This document shows positions 59,709 to 64,000 of a stretch of 64,000 bases of DNA, piece after piece. Origin of the DNA: Arcobacteraceae bacterium. GTDB taxonomy: Bacteria; Campylobacterota; Campylobacteria; Campylobacterales; Arcobacteraceae. The notes beneath the pieces were generated by a model, which was not told the DNA's origin, did not search any database, and saw nothing but the letters and a program-made list of their open reading frames with translations. Within the stretch, counting starts at the first letter, position 1. Each line of letters begins with the position of its first letter. The DNA lies in contig CBDCZH010000016.1 in the NCBI GenBank assembly GCA_965224485.1, forward strand, positions 64,001 to 128,000. The letters run 5' to 3'. The translations under genes and the position numbers were made by a program.

Positions 59709-60215
59709 TTATAAGAATTTTTTTATAGAAATTCTTTTAATCTCTTTTTTTATACCTGCTAAAATATAATTAATATTATCACTTTTTAAACTTAGAAGTT
59801 CTTTTTCACATTGAACACAAGAAAAACTTGTTTTATATAATAAATAATCATTCTCATGAATTAACTCAGTATCACACTTAGGGCAATAACACCATAAGTC
59901 TACTACTTCTTTACCATCCCATGACCACTTCCAAGGTATATCTTTAAAATTATCACTTGTATATGAATGAAATTCATATTTAGGTTTTATAAATGATAGT
60001 AAAATTTCTAGAGATTTTATTAGCCCTAGAAAAACAAAAAGACTAAGAATTAGGAACTCTAGTGAATTTAATACAAAATCTGTCTTTATATATATTAAAG
60101 AATCATCTAATAGGATATTAAATTTTAATGGATAAAAAATACTCATTGCAAAAAGTGAGATTAGTGTTATAACAAATATATATATAAAGAAAATAGATAT
60201 CTTTTTCTTAGTCAA
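59709..60215 (-). CDS. Hypothetical membrane protein with C-terminal CxxC...CxxC
   Basis: Two TM segments; YCPKCD and FSCVQC. Confidence 0.7.
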   Translation of the reverse strand: MTKKKISIFFIYIFVITLISLFAMSIFYPLKFNILLDDSLIYIKTDFVLNSLEFLILSLFVFLGLIKSLEILLSFIKPKYEFHSYTSDNFKDIPWKWSWDGKEVVDLWCYCPKCDTELIHENDYLLYKTSFSCVQCEKELLSLKSDNINYILAGIKKEIKRISIKKFL

Positions 60216-60321
60216 ATTTAATCCTTTTATTATTAAATGTAATTATACTATATTAAATTAATTATTTTTATTTAATTTTATAATTCTTTCAGTATCATAT
60301 ATAAAATATAAAAGGATTTAA

Positions 60322-60717
60322 ATGAGTGAGCAAACTTTTCCACTAGAACTAATTTCTAATTTTATCTCTATTCTCATATTATGTGTAATATTTTACAGAT
60401 ATTACCAATATAAACAAAAGCTTGATGTTCTAAATAAATTCAAGGAAATAAAAGATAAAAATAACTTATCTATTGAAGATAAAACTTTTTTAGAAAAAAA
60501 TCTAAATGAATATAAACAAGAGCATGTAAAAGTTGAAGCTTTATTGAAATTTTTATATCCCGTTTTTATTATGGTTGCTGCAATTTTAGTATTGTTATTT
60601 TCTTTTAGCACTGCGATGATTCATTTAAATATTGTAATTGTTATTTTTATTTATTTACATGTAAAAAGAATTCACATAAGAAATCTTCTTATTTTATTAG
60701 AAGATATTATTTCTTAA
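60322..60717 (+). CDS. Hypothetical membrane protein
   Basis: AAAGGA RBS; three hydrophobic segments. Confidence 0.7.
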   Translation: MSEQTFPLELISNFISILILCVIFYRYYQYKQKLDVLNKFKEIKDKNNLSIEDKTFLEKNLNEYKQEHVKVEALLKFLYPVFIMVAAILVLLFSFSTAMIHLNIVIVIFIYLHVKRIHIRNLLILLEDIIS

Positions 60718-60722
60718 TCTTA

Positions 60723-61112
60723 TTATAAAGAGTAAAATATTTTCCAAGATGCGTCTTTATGTATTTCAAACTCAACAATATAGTTTGGGTTTGATTTCAA
60801 AAAAGAGATACAATCATAAATAGTTTTTTTTGCATCTGTACAATAAACATAATATTTTATCTCACCTTGAGAAATATCAACTGCTAAAAGTTTAACATTT
60901 TTTTCATTTTCTAATATTAATAAATGATTCTCTTCAAAAGCTGTAAAAAAGGCTAAACAAGATGGATCTGGAAAAAACATATCTTCAGAACTTGGATACT
61001 TATGTTTTATTATTAATAAAGTATCTAGATTTTCCTCATTTATTAAATCTCTTCTTACTCTTAACATTTGATTTATATTTGAACTTGTTTTTAAATCCCA
61101 CATATCATACAT
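60723..61112 (-). CDS. Hypothetical protein, DUF695-like
   Basis: AAGGA RBS; Y......FP, FEE, YYVY, D..W..F pattern. Confidence 0.55.
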   Translation of the reverse strand: MYDMWDLKTSSNINQMLRVRRDLINEENLDTLLIIKHKYPSSEDMFFPDPSCLAFFTAFEENHLLILENEKNVKLLAVDISQGEIKYYVYCTDAKKTIYDCISFLKSNPNYIVEFEIHKDASWKIFYSL

Positions 61113-61121
61113 ATCTTATCC

Positions 61122-61769
61122 TTACCAAGAAATTATTTGTTTATTTTTACTTTCTAAAAAAGTATTTGTTTTTGAAAAAACTTTTGAAGAGAAAAAACCT
61201 CTATAAGCAGACAAAGGAGAAGGATGAACACCTTTTAATATACAATGTTTATCTAAATCAATTAGTTTTTCTTTTTTTATAGCATTAGCACCCCAAAGAA
61301 TAAAAACAATGTCTTTTCTATTTTCACTTAATGTTTGTATTATTTTATCAGTAAATATTTCCCAGCCAATTTTATGGTGAGATTTAGGTTTTCCTTCTTC
61401 TACACTTAGAATAGTATTTAATAAAAGAACTCCTTGTTTGGCCCATATTTCTAAGTCTCCATTTAAACAAGAAGATTCTTTTTTTAAATCATCTTTGATT
61501 TCTTTTAAAATATTTCGCATAGAAGGCGGGTTTTTAATATGTGAAGGAGTTGAGAAAGACAAACCTTGAGCTTGTTTCTCTTTATGATATGGGTCTTGCC
61601 CTAAAATCACAACCTTTACATCTAAAAAAGCAGTTATTTCAAAAGCTCTAAAAATATTAGCTCTTGAAGGAAAGATATTAGAGTTTTTATACTTTTTATC
61701 TAAAGTTTTTTGCAACTTTTTGTAATAATCTTTAGTACTTTCTTCTTTTATAATATCTTGCCAATTCAT
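61122..61769 (-). CDS. ung: Uracil-DNA glycosylase
   Basis: VVILGQDPYH, GLSFS, QGVLLLN, HPSPLSAYRGF. Confidence 0.97.
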   Translation of the reverse strand: MNWQDIIKEESTKDYYKKLQKTLDKKYKNSNIFPSRANIFRAFEITAFLDVKVVILGQDPYHKEKQAQGLSFSTPSHIKNPPSMRNILKEIKDDLKKESSCLNGDLEIWAKQGVLLLNTILSVEEGKPKSHHKIGWEIFTDKIIQTLSENRKDIVFILWGANAIKKEKLIDLDKHCILKGVHPSPLSAYRGFFSSKVFSKTNTFLESKNKQIISW

Positions 61770-61873
61770 TTATTCCCTTTTCTTTAATAATTATTACTAA
61801 TTTTTTATTAGAAATCTATTATTTACTATATTTTATGTATTATTACAAAATAAATTAATAAAAAAGATAAAAA

Positions 61874-62527
61874 ATGAAAGCTTGTATATTTGACCTTGAT
61901 GGAACACTAATTAATTCTATAAAAGATATATCAATATCTATGAACATAGTTTTAAAAAAACTAAATTTTAAAGAACATAGTATTGAAGAATATAAAAACT
62001 TTTTAGGTGATGGTGCTTTAATTTTAGTTAAAAATTCACTTCCTTTAAATACTTCACAAGAAACTATTAACCTAGCTTTAGAGTATTTTATTCAAAGTTA
62101 TGAAAGCAATGTTCAACAAAACACCTTTGCATATCCTGGAATTTATGAACTTTTAGAAGAGTTAGAGAAGTTAAATATTAAACTAGCAATATTATCAAAT
62201 AAACCACATAAGTTTACTGTCAAATACCAAGAGCTTCTTTTTTTAAAAACAAATTTTTTAGAAGTTCATGGACAAAAAGATGATATACCAAAAAAACCAC
62301 ATCCATATGCAGCACTACAAATTGCAAAAGCTTTTGACTTAGACACACAAGATATATTTTACATAGGTGATACTCCAAGTGATATTAAAACAGCCAAAGC
62401 AGCAAATATGAAAAGTATTGGGGTTGCTTGGGGTTTTAGACCTAAAGAAGAGTTAAGGAAAGAAGGAGCTGATTATATTGCAAATAAACCTCTTGATATT
62501 CTTAAAATTATAAACTCTTGTAACTAA
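61874..62527 (+). CDS. HAD-family hydrolase (phosphoglycolate phosphatase-like)
   Basis: IFDLDGTL, LSNK, KKPHP, YIGDTPSD, VAWGFR. Confidence 0.92.
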   Translation: MKACIFDLDGTLINSIKDISISMNIVLKKLNFKEHSIEEYKNFLGDGALILVKNSLPLNTSQETINLALEYFIQSYESNVQQNTFAYPGIYELLEELEKLNIKLAILSNKPHKFTVKYQELLFLKTNFLEVHGQKDDIPKKPHPYAALQIAKAFDLDTQDIFYIGDTPSDIKTAKAANMKSIGVAWGFRPKEELRKEGADYIANKPLDILKIINSCN

Positions 62528-62528
62528 T

Positions 62529-62717
62529 ATGAATATTGAATATATGTTTTTACAAAAAGCTGTTAAAAATAGAAATTATATTGAATTTCTTTATTTACAA
62601 AAAGAGTATAAGAATATAAAAGCTATTGAAATAAACAGTGAATTTATAAAAAGTAAGAAAAAAGAATTTAAAATTAAAGATATAAAAAAACTAACAATAA
62701 AAAAAGAGAGATTTTAA
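62529..62717 (+). CDS. 62-aa hypothetical protein, possible minimal WYL/Sm-like domain
   Basis: Fills the gap between the HAD and rof genes, with TAATG coupling to rof; LQKAV...IEFLY and FKIKDIKKL patterns. Confidence 0.6.
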   Translation: MNIEYMFLQKAVKNRNYIEFLYLQKEYKNIKAIEINSEFIKSKKKEFKIKDIKKLTIKKERF

Positions 62718-62950
62718 TGTACGAACCAATTTCATGTGAATTTTACGATCAATTACAAGTTGCTATTCAAAGAAAGATACCCTCAACTATTGTATTTTTT
62801 AATGAAAACAAAGAACAAGAACTTAGAAAAGGACTTGTTACAACATTAGATGTTCTAGAGTATAAAGAATTTATGGTTTTAGATAATAAAGAAAAGATAC
62901 GACTAGATTTAGTTATATCTTTTAATGGAAAGAAATATATAGAGCTTTAG
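62717..62950 (+). CDS. rof: Rho-binding antiterminator Rof (YaeO) homologue
   Basis: YEPISCEFYDQLQVA and EF......IRLD.V.SF match the Rof family pattern; 77 aa. Confidence 0.75.
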   Translation: MYEPISCEFYDQLQVAIQRKIPSTIVFFNENKEQELRKGLVTTLDVLEYKEFMVLDNKEKIRLDLVISFNGKKYIEL

Positions 62951-62951
62951 C

Positions 62952-63341
62952 TTAGAAATCTAAGTGAAAAAACTCTTCTTTAACTTTTTTGTATTCTGCT
63001 ATTGAGCAAGTAATTTTTAAAGCATTATCATAATCTTTAAATTCTTCTAAAAAGAGTTTTTGTAAATCACTTACATTTGCTGTTCTGAAAACAAAATAAC
63101 CAAGAACTTTTGAAGCTCTTGAACCACTTTTATCTATTCCAAAACTATCAAAACTCCAATCAACTCCTTTTGAAAAGAAAAAAACTTCTTCAATTCTTTT
63201 AGTCAATTCTTCTTTTACTAAATGATTGTACTCTTTAAGATGTACATAAAAAGCAACATTTACGTTATATTCATCTTGTACTAGTTTCTTCTCATACTTT
63301 GTTTCTGGCGATTTTGTTATAGGTGAATTGTCCATTAACAT
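62952..63341 (-). CDS. Hypothetical protein
   Basis: 129-aa ORF that fills the gap between flanking genes; no family recognised. Confidence 0.6.
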   Translation of the reverse strand: MLMDNSPITKSPETKYEKKLVQDEYNVNVAFYVHLKEYNHLVKEELTKRIEEVFFFSKGVDWSFDSFGIDKSGSRASKVLGYFVFRTANVSDLQKLFLEEFKDYDNALKITCSIAEYKKVKEEFFHLDF

Positions 63342-63384
63342 CCCTGTTTTTAAATTGTTATCATTATATTATATAAGAATAGAT

Positions 63385-63413
63385 AAAGAGATTAATTATT
63401 TATTAATCTCTTT
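63385..63413 (-). terminator. Terminator after the antiporter-family gene
   Basis: AAAGAGATTAA / TTAATCTCTTT inverted repeat. Confidence 0.6.
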
Positions 63414-63419
63414 TCTAAA

Positions 63420-64000
63420 TTATAAAATCATTACAGCAATAAAACCAAAAATAATAAGTGGTATATTAAAGTGTAAAAAAGTAGGTACAACAGTATCATA
63501 AATATGATCATGTTGCCCATCTGCATTTAATCCAGAAGTAGGCCCCAATGTTGAATCAGAAGCAGGTGATCCAGCATCACCTAAAGCACCAGCTGTTCCA
63601 ATTAAAGCAATAATAGCCAAAGGTGAGAATCCAAATTCTAAAGCAAGAGGAACATAAATAGTTGCAATAATAGGAATAGTTGAAAATGATGAACCAATAC
63701 CCATAGTAACTAGAAGTCCAATAATAAGCATAAAAATTGCAGCTAAGGCTTTATTATCACCAATAAGTAAGCTCAATGATGAAACTAATGCTTCAATACC
63801 ATTACTTGCTTTCATAACTTCTGCAAAACCTGAAGCAGCTATCATTATAAAACCAATCATTGCCATCATGTGAACACCTTTTGTAAATACATCTTGTGTT
63901 TGTGATAACTTTATAACTCCACCTAAGGTAAAAATAGTAAATCCAGCAAGTGAACCTAGAATAATTGAATTTGCATAAAGCTGTAAGTATAAAGCTACAA
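63420..64000 (-). CDS. Na+/H+ antiporter-family (YuiF-like) transporter, C-terminal part; begins outside the window
   Basis: Frame open to the window edge; [41 protein letters not shown]. Confidence 0.88.
   Translation of the reverse strand, partial: VALYLQLYANSIILGSLAGFTIFTLGGVIKLSQTQDVFTKGVHMMAMIGFIMIAASGFAEVMKASNGIEALVSSLSLLIGDNKALAAIFMLIIGLLVTMGIGSSFSTIPIIATIYVPLALEFGFSPLAIIALIGTAGALGDAGSPASDSTLGPTSGLNADGQHDHIYDTVVPTFLHFNIPLIIFGFIAVMIL

Overview
AT-rich chromosomal window from a Campylobacterota bacterium. The 16S sequence and gene content point to Arcobacteraceae (inferred, not searched). Most of it is housekeeping: queH-lpxB-fabZ-lpxA-clpX-mreBC, ribE, mnmG, ccoG, pyrG-recJ, dnaE-surE, Csd4/Pgp1-like peptidase, moaC, rpsU, secG-frr-pyrE, yaaA, ung. 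Two complete rRNA operons lie head-to-tail on the minus strand; only one carries tRNA-Ile and tRNA-Ala in its spacer. The most unusual elements are: (1) a left-end uptake operon with a Fur-family box, an SsuA/NMT1-type binding protein, two tandemly duplicated loop-divergent TonB receptors and a helical-backbone binding protein; (2) an unannotated 59-aa Met/Lys/Glu-rich lipoprotein between the two rRNA operons, downstream of a (TTTTTAGG)14 microsatellite; (3) G-free simple repeats on the transcribed strand after both rRNA terminators; (4) a ~118-bp palindromic RPE/MITE-like element upstream of mnmG; (5) a standalone T4 Dda-like helicase; (6) a Sel1 gene split at an A7 run; (7) a small WYL-like ORF coupled to a Rof homologue. 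I saw no CRISPR array, IS transposase or prophage. All calls come from motif recognition; no database searches were run.
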